The notes beneath the pieces were generated by a model. That model worked only from the letters and a program-made list of their open reading frames with translations, made no database searches and had not been told where the DNA came from. Below, one piece after another: positions 13,965 to 25,864 of a stretch of DNA of 64,000 bases (its first letter is position 1; each line of letters opens with the position of its first letter). The stretch is from Harriotta raleighana (Eukaryota), in the NCBI GenBank assembly GCA_050575255.1, contig JBNZDD010013718.1, positions 4,955,718 to 5,019,717 of the forward strand. Direction: 5' to 3'. Both the position numbers and the translations under genes were made by a program.

Positions 13965-15015
13965 GTAATATATTTCCAAATGTAAGAACTGTAGTTGATT
14001 ATTCATTTATATACCATTGAGAAATGCTCATTCTGCTGTAAATGTCCACCCCAATCTGCACATGCTTTGATAATTCTCATTTCTACCATATGGAAGCAGA
14101 GCAGTTTCAAATCAAAGCAATTTATTGCTGGGAGTGTGCAATGAAACTGAAATCTTTACATGGTAAGATGTGCTCAAATATGTTCCATTCTTACCATATG
14201 GACATCATTATTGGCCTTAGAAGTATAGCCAGAAAGACCAAAGAGCTGAATGATCTTGATCATTATCATAGACTACATACATTTTGGCAGGCTACCAAGT
14301 TTGATGGAAAGGTAGTCTGCATGGCTACCAAAGAAAGATTGGACTGTATATGTTTACCTGAAGATGGATATAGATTAAACACTGGTCTCTCAATTTGCCC
14401 ACAGGTAAAACCTTGCTATGTGCCAGCTATGAAATGCTTTATAATCTAATATCTATCTGGCAGGCTGGACTGATATAGGACTGAACAAAGCAGACTGCAC
14501 TGGTATCAAATGTCTTTAAGTGGCAAGGCCATTGATACCATTCTTTTCTATATTAGTTATAATGCTGTTTTCTGTTAGATCATACATTATGGTATTTTCA
14601 TCGGACGCATTCTCTTTAAATTAAATTGGTCACATTTTAAAAAAATTGCAAGCTCGTATAATCCTAATGCACAAGAATTGTTTTCTGTTCCACTATTTAA
14701 ACACATGAAAAAAAATCTAAAGAATCATGTGTGAAAACTTCTGCTGCTAAAAGGGGACAGACCAAATTTATTTTTTTAAGATGTTCTCGCAAAACTAGAC
14801 TGTTGTTGACATGAGTGATGCACAGCATTGCATTGGACCACTTTGCAATTCTAACTGTGCTGATCAGTTAAGACACAAGACTGCAATATCAGGAAATGTT
14901 GCTGGCTACAATAACTAACATATTTAAATTACAAATTCCAGAAACCCCAGTTGTTCACTGCATTTTGAAAGTTAACGTCAAATATATACAGTATATCTAT
15001 ATCTATATATATATA

Positions 15016-15043
15016 TATTGCTGGTATATATATACCAGCAATA
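15016..15043. repeat. Perfect 28-bp palindrome
   Basis: tattgctgg-tatatatata-ccagcaata equals its own reverse complement and abuts a (TA)n tract. Confidence 0.95.
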
Positions 15044-18000
15044 ACGGCTCATTATAAGGATTTCACCTGCCATTTCCGGGTAAGGCAACAGTTAAGTGCC
15101 AATCAAATCACCACAGTGGCATCGGGTGGTTGGATAAGTGCCAAAAATTGGATTTTGATCTAAGATAATTGAAACTGAATTTATATNAGTGGCATCGGGT
15201 GGTTGGATAAGTGCCAAAAATTGGATTTTGATCTAAGTATAAACTGAATTTATACGAGTAGTCTTGTTCAAAGGTATTTAAAACACTCCAGGAATCGCAC
15301 TTGTAAACAGTATTACAAGTCAATTTAATGAAGTTCACAATTTTCCCATAATTTTATCATTACTCTGTTCCAACCGCACAGTAAGTTCAGTCATTTCAAA
15401 GAACTTAGGTATAAAAGGCATGAAATTCAGAGATTGCTGCCGATCCAATTAAGAGTGCATAGCCTAGCTCATTGCTCGTGCTTGTCATTGGTTTGGAGGT
15501 GAACAGGAATTGCCTGCTGGTGACCAAACTATCCAACTCACTTATGAAGGCACTTCACTCATAAGGACACAATCCACCAGTCCAACAGACTGCCCATATT
15601 AGTACTTTTCCACTGTAATCTCTGCCATTTACTGACTAGATAAATATATATAGAGGTTAATGCTGAATGTGTGTAAAACAAACTGCAGACATTTTGCGTT
15701 AACTAAAATCGGATTGTCTGTTATGAAATACAGTACTTACTCCAGTGGTGAGTAAACCCTCTCTGGAAGTTTCGATGGTCTGCTTTCTGAGCCAGGCAAG
15801 TGCAAAGTACTTTAAGGCTTCACTGCTGTCAAGCCGGCTAACCTATCTTGTTGCCAGAACTTGGAGCAGTGGAGTCGTTACATTCTTCCTACTGGGATCC
15901 TGTTAACCTTGCAAACCGAAGCCCAAATGAGAAATCCCAGCTGGACAAGCAACAGGAAGCTTGCCAGACAGTTCTCTCAATGATAGGCAATGCAGTTTTA
16001 GCTGGTTCATCCCAATAGTCCAGCCCACAGTGGGCACATTCTTATTATGATATAAACAGTGTTGTGACACTTGAGGAAATTAAGCCTACGCTATTTCACA
16101 GTGTGTGGAGCGGCGATACAAGGATATCATTAAATACAACGTTGATTCTGTTTTTCCAAAGCTAATAGAATGCGGTTTGCAGTTTTGTGAAATACTGTTG
16201 CACTTTAGAAAATATATCTCAGAAAATATTTAGAAAATGCATTGCCCTTCAATTTGTTGATGATCTGCATTTCATAATTGTCTGTGAATTCCCCAAAGGG
16301 GAATTGCCCATGGCAAAATATTTTCATGCAGGTGAGTGGGTAAAAGCAAGTGGTGATTATAGACTAGCATTCTGCAGTCAGGTTCGTTATCATTATCACT
16401 GTGTAGTCGCAGGCGAGTTGAATAACTACACATGTTTAACTGGAAGCATGATAAACATTAGCTAATTTAATTATCGTTCTGTGTTGTGCTTTCCAAGATC
16501 ATTACTTCCGTCCTGTACACTTTATGTGAGTGGACTAATTGATATTCTTGCTCTGTCTATTGTATCCAGTGCAGTTATATGCATACAGTATTTTGCTTAC
16601 GTTAATACGATGACTTTGATATTTTATTAGCCATGCTGTTCTTTGCATGCTTGCACCAGTTTAAAACATTTTAACAAGGAAACTGAATGTTTAATGAATG
16701 CAACTGATGCTCACATTGCTATAAATGGGTGGATTCAGTTGTTTTTCATCTACCCTGGAAAAGACTTTCTAAAGATGAATTGTTGGGAGTTCTCACATGC
16801 GCCTTGCATCATTAATGAATCAAGTACAAACTCTCCCATGAAATAAAGTAACACCTCCAAGAGTACAAAAACAAGGATTAATGTGGACTGGAAGAATAAG
16901 TGGGACTACATTAACATAAGATGACAGAACTGGTTTGAGCGCACATTCACATGCCCAAATCACACCAGCGGAGATGGAGCAATTATTGCTTGCTTCAAAG
17001 TAAATCAAAAAGGTTCTAGAGGTTGGTCCTGTCCTTTTCATTTCCATCATAAAAAATCTTTGACTTTTTCCTGTCTACACTCCACTTGCCCCTTTCCCAA
17101 GTGTAATCAAGTTCACTAGGTTACTACTTTATGTGGAGAATCGTAAGCCCTGCCACCCTGTGGCATACTGCACCAGTACACCTGTCTACTCCTCACCAAG
17201 GAAACCTGTGCGCTGTATTGTTTAAAGGTAAAATGAGCCACTGTGGATCATACTGGCACAAGCCACTTGAGCATCTGATTTGCTTTGAAACATTGTTTAA
17301 TAGTTTCACATGTATGTTTAGGAGAACGCACATCAATTTTTTAATTGATTATATTGAAGTTGGTGATGATATTCTTTGTATTTAATCTCTTTGCTGTTAA
17401 GAAACCCATTGATAGCTATCAGCTCACTGAGATGGGATCTCTGCTACGTTTGTGGGTGATGTACAACAAGGGATAAACTTTATTGACAAGGCAGTAAAAA
17501 GCTCACACGCTGGATAATTGAAAAGATATACAAGCAATGTCAGATAATCAGGAAAGGGAGTCCATAAAGAACAACAGAAGTTATTGTTAATTGCCTAGAA
17601 TTTCATAAGAAGTGGTGAGAATTATATTTTCACTGTTACTTTGAAGATTATAAAAATAACTGAAAAAATTCTCAATGAGCCTTCTATGAACCAAATTGAT
17701 ATATATAATTCAATTGCACTGTTAACGTGAGCATGCTTTGTGGAGACTAATGATACCACATTTTGGATAGCTTAATGTCTTGGAGTGTTTCACTGGGATG
17801 GTGTCAGAAGCTAAGCATGACAGGATAGGATCTGTCTATCCTGTAGACAGAACTGTAGCATGTAAAGACTGATACGGAGTGTGGTTCGGGGCGAGACAGA
17901 GGTGTAGAAGGAGGGTTTTCCAAACGGTCAGGGTAATCTTTTTGATTTTGAAAATGACATGTTTGTATAGCAGTTGACTGTGGAAGAAATAACAATTGCT

Positions 18001-20090
18001 TAGAATAATATGGCAACAACATTTCTAGCGTTTCATACTGTCTTTGATGGGATTATATCAAACACATCATATCAATCTCAATGTGATCAGATTTTGAACA
18101 TGATTCAAGATGCATTCCCGTTCCTCAATTCTCAGCAGTTGGTTCCCTCCCCACCAACTTTACGCTTGTTGGATCTTCTTTTACTCCCGACTTGGTTTCA
18201 TTCAAGGTCTTTGAGGTAGTGGCAGAGTGTTGATTCACAGGAATACAGAGTGAATTAAATCTGAATGCTTTGAGTCACGTAACAGCCTTTATCCAGGCCT
18301 TGTTTACATGGCATTAATGGATTAATTCCACTTGAATTATATCAGGAAACTATACTAATATTAGGCAAGATAATTATGAAACTGTCTCACACCTTAGAAA
18401 CCCTATTCCACCCCTTGTTACAACAATAAACAGCTGAATTTAGCAACCAAAAATCGGATTCTGAATGAAATTGCTGGAGTATAAATACAGTGTGCGGAGT
18501 TCACTGAAACTGTTATAATGTGAGTGTTGAACATTTACTTTCTGGTAATATTGCTGTTGCCATTGGTTAACTACCTGAGAGCATCCATGTGAAAGAATGC
18601 ATGAATGTGGGCTGGAAAGGCAGAACGTTAGAGACAGAGTGAGTGGGAGGCAAATAACAATTTAGCACCAACTATAATATGAATCAGTGGTGAAATTTGA
18701 AAGAGCAGGTGGCATGAGGCAAAGAGAGACACTGAGGAGCAGAAAAACACATTTTCTCAATTAGTACAAATACTCTGGAGAAAATTCAGCAAGGGTTAAA
18801 AGTGCACAGGGTAAGGATATAGGTGGTGGGGGGTGAATGGAACCAAATTTGGAAGTAAGAATATTGTGCGGAACCAAATTAATATTGCAAAGAGAATGAT
18901 GGCAAATTAGACTTTATCTTAAAACAAAAGAGAGAAAATTTACATGAAAGAGACAAAGGGCAGGGATGTAGGAAAAGAATGAATAACTTGGGAGAGGTGG
19001 TTAAATATAATTGAGATTGCAACCAATGCATTGGCAGTGAAGTGCTTTAATCATCATGAAAGATAAATCACGAGCAGCAAAGGATAAGTGGCTTGTCACA
19101 TATTTCTCTAATGTTAATTTCTCTGGTATTAATGTTATGCTCTTATTAAATTGGTGCTTCTAAAATATGTCTATTTACACATCTTATATATAAAATGCGT
19201 TCCACATCAACCCCTTTTTATCATCGGATACAGATGCACTAAACAAGAGATTGGGGCCTTCTAGGTTTATATCCATTTTGCCTTAAAAACAATAGTCAAT
19301 TCACAGTATGTTCTGTGAAGCGTTTTGAGACGTCTCAAACATGTGATCAAGCACTATATCAAATGCAAGGATTATAACAACTTCAAATGGAATACTTGGA
19401 GCCCACCAACATTATCCTGGTTTGTGTTTTTCATTGAAATAATCAAAATATTTCTTTAGCTGCACTGTGCTCTTCTCAACAAGTGGAAGCTAAATAGATT
19501 GCTTCTTTCAGTAACCTTAGCGGCTTTTGTTTCTCGTAATAATCATGGTGCCATATTTGATTTGTGAAAATCCAACACCAGCTATATATGGATGTAGATG
19601 TTTTGGACAGTATATTATTGAAATATTAATGTATCCTTTTGGAGCATACACAGCATTGATGTTCCTCAAGTGTGGCTTTAGTGAGTAGTGAGTAACATTA
19701 TATGGAAAGTTTCTTGATTTTTTTGCTGTTGTAACATGAGTAGCCAGTACAGCAGCTGGGAGCATTGGTAGGTGTGGTGGGGGTTGGGTGGGGGAGTAGA
19801 CAGGCACAGTTAGGGAGACACTGGACCCAAATAAATCAGCTCCCACTTTAAATATCTCCAGATAATTCAGTGGCAACGTACGTTTCAAGAGCAGTTCCTC
19901 TACTCTGCCTGCTTATAAAGTTTAAATTATTGACTGAGTTGTGTAAAGGTTCACTGCACATTGGATTCTAAAATGCCCCTATTAGCTTTATTATTAATAT
20001 TGTTGGTATGACTTCCTTTTAATTGGGATCCACGAGATCCATTGGAATTCTAGGCCCAAATGGAATGATTTGCTTTAGTTCCATGTGTTG

Positions 20091-21094
20091 TAAAGTTTAA
20101 CGATATTAGTTTTTAATTGCACTGCGAATTCAAGTATACGGGACGAAACGAAAGCATCACTTTTTTGTGCAGAGTGCATAAAACTTGTGTATGCGCGCTG
20201 GCTGGCCCCCGCACACATGCGCACGGGTGAAGACACCGATAGCTCCCGACTAAATCCAATGATTGCTTGGCTGGCTAGTCCCTCGCGCATGCGCATTTTT
20301 GACGAGGTCAGCAAATCCTGCCTAAAGCCGATGATTCCTCGACTGGCTGGCCCCACACGCAATGCATTCCTGGGTAAATACAATAACGCTTCGGCCTTGG
20401 AGAATCCTATTGCATTGCATGGTAAACAGAAGAGATAGAGAGAGAGACAGGATCCTACAGTAAAGTAGCCTAATCTACCCTGTTGTTTTATTGCTTTTTT
20501 TTATTACTTCACTGCTTTATTATCACTTTATTATAGCAATAAAGCTATAACAAAGCCGCTGTAACCTTTCTGCGTCTCCCATCCCGACCAACTGCGGCTC
20601 TCTGACCCCGCCCGCCCCCGAGCGGCTCTCTGCTCCCCACCTCGCGAGTCCCCCCCCATCCCGCCCCCGAGCAGCTCTCTGCCCCCCACTTGCCCCAGAG
20701 TCCCCCACTTGCCTCAGAGTCCCCCACCACCTCCAAGCATCTCTCAGCTCACTTCCCCCGCCTACCCACTGCTCTCCCCAATTTCTCTCTTCCTCCCTCC
20801 CAGGCTGTCCTATTTGCCACTTCCCAGGTAGTAGGAGAGACGAGAGCAAGAAGAGTGAGGGGGGGAAGCAACAAGAGCGGGGAGAGACGGGCGAAGTGAG
20901 GAACGGGCCAGCCAGCTGTAGACCGCCTGAGTAGGTACCTTGCATCTGATGTGCTTGGAGGCTTGAGGTGGGTAGCCTACGACTGGATTCCCCTAAACAC
21001 CTTTTCCCATTACTTCTTAAGCTTCTCCAACGCGATTTCATTGAGTGCACAGTTTTCCAGGAACGTAACCCCAGCGATCGATGAGCGTTAACTG
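20091..21094. mobile_element. Non-autonomous pogo/Tigger-like DNA transposon, about 1 kb copy with intact right terminus
   Basis: About 20125-20535 is homologous to 42505-42855. The right end ...cgatcgatgagcgttaactg is followed by TA (21095-21096) and is the inverted counterpart of TA-cagttaacacttgtcgaacg that starts the other copy. The left end is degenerate (taaagtttaacg at 20091) and the interior is GC-rich. Confidence 0.75.
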
Positions 21095-22406
21095 TACTAT
21101 GAAGTGCCGATTGTATCCAACACAAATGAAGGAAGCAGAGATGTTGGCATAGAACTAAGTGTGTGGTGTGGAGAATGCAATGTGATGTGCAATACAGTTC
21201 ACAGTACATGTAATAATAATGATGCTTATGTTATTCTAACTCTTGTTTTTAGTCATTGCAATTTGGATTGGATCATTTCAATCAGATGTCCCAGTGAAGC
21301 CACCAATTTTACTAAAACATGAGGGATTATTATTAATACTGCTGACTATTTTTCCAAAACAATGTATGACTAAAGATGAAGTATTCCTCTTTGCTGAGTT
21401 GCACAGGCTCATATATTAAATAAAGTTGAGCACGCCAGACATTTCTGAGGTTAAGCTGAGCTTGACTCAGTGTAAAAGCTGGATGAGACTTGGAGCCAAA
21501 CGTCAACCTGAGCCAGCTGAACATTTGTAATGTTCCCACTGTTGTTTTTACAAAAGCTGAGAATCATGAGGCAGAAATGTTAATGCAAACTATATTACAT
21601 CTACAGCATCATCATATAAGCAGTGGAACATCTTGATGCATTCAATGTGTGGCCAAAGGAATGAGTCGAGGACTATATTTAATGGTGTTTAGATCTCAGT
21701 TAATGGATGGCTATAACCTTTCGTCGTGTGTCTTTGGTGTCACTGGATTGTTTTTGTTTCTTTCTGATCTTGTTATTGTTGAATGGGAGCCAGTACCAAA
21801 CAATTGACTTGACCTCATTGGCTTGTCTAGCAGAGAAAGGTGGGAGTTGAGAGAGAGCATTGCTATGCTTAGACGTAGGAACATTTCTAACCACGACAAT
21901 GTTATTGGGTTAGTAGATGAGACACCATCCCATCCTTTCAGAAATCCTGGAACTTCATTCCTCGTAGATGTCCACTGAAGGCTGACTGAAAGCAGAAGCA
22001 TCAAAGGCAGGCACGCAAAACAACGAGAGGAACATTCAGCAGTTTACTAGCTGTAAGACAGAGATAAGAAAGCAAAGCACTCTCTGAATTGGACAATACT
22101 AGCCATTTCATTAAGTGCATTGTACTTGAAATGAATCAATACAGTAAAAACAATGTTTTTTTTATTGCATTGCAACTAGTTCTTTACAAGAGAAAAGGAA
22201 AGCAGCATGGAGAGGATAAACTAATGTGATGAATATGAAGTGCCCTGATAATGGAAGAATCAGTCATCTACGTTTTAGGTAGAAAATCATGGCTAGATTA
22301 TTTTCCATTGTTCTCCACAGCTCTGAATTTAACATGTGTTGCTGATTTTAATTAGTGAACAACAGCAACAACAACAGCAGCTTGCATGTAACATGGAACT
22401 ATTCTA

Positions 22407-22794
22407 CAGTAAAACCCTGTTTATCCTCGGGGTGTGGTGGGGGGGGGAGGTTGGCGTGGGGTCGACTAATTGACTGTGCCGGATAAACGGGGGACAAGAC
22501 CCAACATAAAAAATTAACTTATTTTAAAACATAAAAACAAAAACAAAAAAAGACTAAATAGTAACAGAATATTTTATGGATACTTACCAATAAAGCATTC
22601 CAACACACTCGGTAAAAAACATTTTTTACCGATCGGTAAAAAACCCAAGTTCGTAAGTTTAATAAAGGGCGTGTGCGCATGCATTGCATGCATGCGCAAA
22701 GTGAGCAAACTCGCGATTGCTGGAATGGGGAATTGCCCTGGGAGGGGGTCGAGCAATCTGGTTGATCGGGTCACGGATAAACAAGGTTTTACTG
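22407..22794. mobile_element. MITE / non-autonomous Tc1-mariner (pogo/Tigger-like) DNA transposon
   Basis: 20-bp TIRs with one mismatch (cagtaaaaccctgtttatcc ... ggataaacaaggttttactg), flanked by TA at 22405-22406 and 22795-22796. No recognisable coding capacity. Confidence 0.92.
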
Positions 22795-23101
22795 TACTTA
22801 AAGCAGGTTCCCTGCTCCTTCCCGCCATATGCATAGCTCGGCAGAACTGAAAGTTTTCACACCCAACAGAATACAGGATATAGTGTAGAATTTTAGAGTC
22901 CAGGTCTGCTCAGAGGAAGGAGGTCTACTGTGGGCCCACTCTGTACTAGAAGTGCGACATACCCATCTTTGACTAACCAACTGCCACTCTATTACATTTG
23001 TTCCAGGTCAGCTAGTTACTACTAATGATATTCCTATACACTATACACTATACACGGCCAACTGTGGAAATACAGCTGACATCACTTTGCAAAGGAAGTG
23101 A

Positions 23102-23495
23102 TTCAATGATGCATCAGCCTCGAGCTCGCAGGGTGGAGGAAGTGACATAAATTGGTCATTTCAATCCACGATTGTTTGTGGGATACCGCTGTGCAAAATT
23201 GGCTGCCGNTTCAATGATGCATCAGCCTCGAGCTCGCAGGGTGGAGGAAGTGACATAAAATTGGTCATTTCAATCCACGATTGTTTATGGGATACCGCTG
23301 TGTAAAATTGGCTGCCACGTTTTTCCCATGTATATACAGTCAATTCACTTTGACAGTATATTCTGTGAAGTGCATTGAGATATCTAGAAGAGGTGAAAAG
23401 CGCTATATCAAAATGCAAGGATTATTATATTCTGTGAATAACTTTGAGTTGCGTCAGAGATGTGATAAACGCTATATCAAATGCAAGCATTATCA
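23102..23495 (+). mobile_element. Deu-type SINE 3' half (partly duplicated across an N) followed by a second tandem tail
   Basis: ttgtttgtgggataccgctgtgcaaaattggctgcc core and a tail tgtgaagtgcattgaga...gcgctatatcaaaatgcaaggattatt. The tail is repeated at about 23430-23495. Confidence 0.75.
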
Positions 23496-25864
23496 AATTC
23501 TACGAAGCATTGGCCTGTACTTTAACAGCACTGTCAGATTGATAATGGTTTAAAGTGTCTGACAGGAATAACATTTTATGGTAAACTCGCTAGTTGCTGC
23601 AAATAAAATTGTAAACCTCAATGTCCTCTGCAGCGGATGAATAAATAAATTTAATTAGGCCAGAAATTATTTCAAAGCACAGACAGATACAGAATATCTA
23701 GCAACAAAAAAACTCTGCTACTATGCCAAAATGTCAATGGTCCTCTGATGCATGCAGCCATACTTAGATCCTCTCCATAATGATAAACCATTACCAGTTG
23801 TTAAGGTTTTTTTTTCTAATTATGTAACATTTCTGACAAGTTGCATACTTTTGCATTTATTTATGAGCCTAATCTACAGAAAGTAGGGAACTGTTTGCTG
23901 TGATAGCAAATGTAATGTGCTTTAATACATACACATCACAGAATGGGTTGCTGTATGGGTTTAGTGTTTAACCAAATACCGTGCATTACAGAAAAAATAT
24001 GAATTAGACTTGTCACAGTTTAAAGAGTTTTCAGGGGCTGAGCGTTCCAAACAGCTAGAGTAAATAATGCTAATTTGCATCTTGAACCACCAAGATTATA
24101 AGGAAAGCTTGCAATAATTTCAAGCCTTCTTTAAAAAACTTTGAAACGAGAGAGTGGGAGGTAGCTCTCTTGGGAAGACTTTTGAAACTTTTGGGATCCA
24201 GAGCAAAACAGCTCCTGCCTTGGAGAAGCACATCTTGTGCACGAAAATCGATCACATTTAGGCATTCGAGAGCATTCTACCTTAAAACGTAGGCTAACCC
24301 AAACTGTGTAAAATTCTTGAACTAACTACTCAATTTGGAAGCCAGTTTTCCAAAGATCTGAAAACAAAATTAGCCTCCAATTTAAGAATTTTCCACAATT
24401 GGTCGCAATCCTGAATTTTAAGACAAGATGATCTCACGGGCTGAGATTAGGTAGAATTTTGGAGTCTAGGTGTCTGGTTTCAGAGCAGCAATAATGGTAT
24501 ATGTTCATTACCTATTTGTTTACCAGTTAGATCACTCAACCCTCTTCCTTGAAGTATAGCAGGAGGAGACAGCAGTAACGAAACCAAGAGAAAATGGGAC
24601 AGAATATCAATTCATTTGCCATTTAAGATGTTATTTAAAGAAAATTAAAATGAATGGTCACACGAAGCGAAACAAATCTATCAGAGTTAGGACATAATTG
24701 AAAAGCTTGGAAATAAACACTGGGGAAGTAAATATAATTTTCATTGTATCTTTCCATTAACACGTAAATTTTAATTTCAAGTTGGTGGCCATGAGCATCT
24801 CAAGAACGGTGAACTTCTCCGTTTAAACAAAGTCTCTCATCTGAGAGATTTTCAACAATTGCTATCTGATTTATATCAGTCTCTTATATCCATAAGTGTT
24901 CTTAAAACTAATTTACACCCATGATTTGCTGGTAGAAGTGTCAAAGTTCTAATTCGGTTTAGAGGCTGCTTTGGAGCCAGGGAAATTTTAATTGATTGTG
25001 TAATAGATTTCAAAATTCTGGATGCAATCTTTGAATGTTTTAAGATGCCTGGCTCTGAATCATAAAGAAATGGAAAGCCAAGTCACAAAAAACAGCAGGC
25101 TTATGAGTAGACATGCAGTAAATCATGTAAAGTACTGCCATTCAGTAGAATCGTAAAAAGTAAATTTTTCAAGGCAACAAAGATCTGACTAACATTAAGA
25201 GTAAAGCTCTTTAGAATATTAGAATCATGTTTATGGTTATTTGATATGTGAGAGACAGTGCTCGGGTTGTGTTTTTAATGGTCATCCAGCTTAGTTTTGA
25301 GAAAGTTTCATTTGTTCAGATGTGTGAGCTCCCTCCTCAGAACTCACACCATTGTATCCACTCTGAGCCTCAGCACTCCTGTCAGTTAACGGAAAGGGCC
25401 CTTCAGTATTCTCCGTTCTGTCATCCACGCACGTCTGAAGTGGTCAACTGCCTGCTTAACAAACAGCTGATGCACAAGAACTCTAGGATTGGAAATCTAA
25501 ATCTGTATTGGTGTGACTGTCATTTATGACACTTGCAATCTGGTTTCAGCATTTCCAACTTAGAATGCACAACCACTCGTACTAATTCCTCTGTGCCACT
25601 AAGGTGCTTGTGTGCCTGTGTATTCGATATGTATAAGAGCTGCCGGTAAATTAAGAACTCTCTTGTCTAAGTTGAAGATGGTGAGCTGAAACCCCGCTTG
25701 TACACAGATTGCACTGTTCAGACTGTACACCCTGGAAGAGCTCCTGACGTGTTCATTCACGTGTGTGGCTCTTAATTCAATGGGTCGCTGCCGACATTAA
25801 TATATTCATGACCAAGGTGCCTTGATGTGTCCCAGTTTGAACAGAATACTTTAACCTTTATGTA

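Noticed and set aside
18212-18233. let-7-like start TGAGGTAGT
   Set aside because: Only the first 9 nt match, the rest diverges from let-7, and I saw no pre-miRNA hairpin.
20523-21209. 228-aa minus-strand ORF as a transposase or novel gene
   Set aside because: Low-complexity G/R/S-rich translation of the GC-rich transposon interior, with no HTH or DDE motifs.
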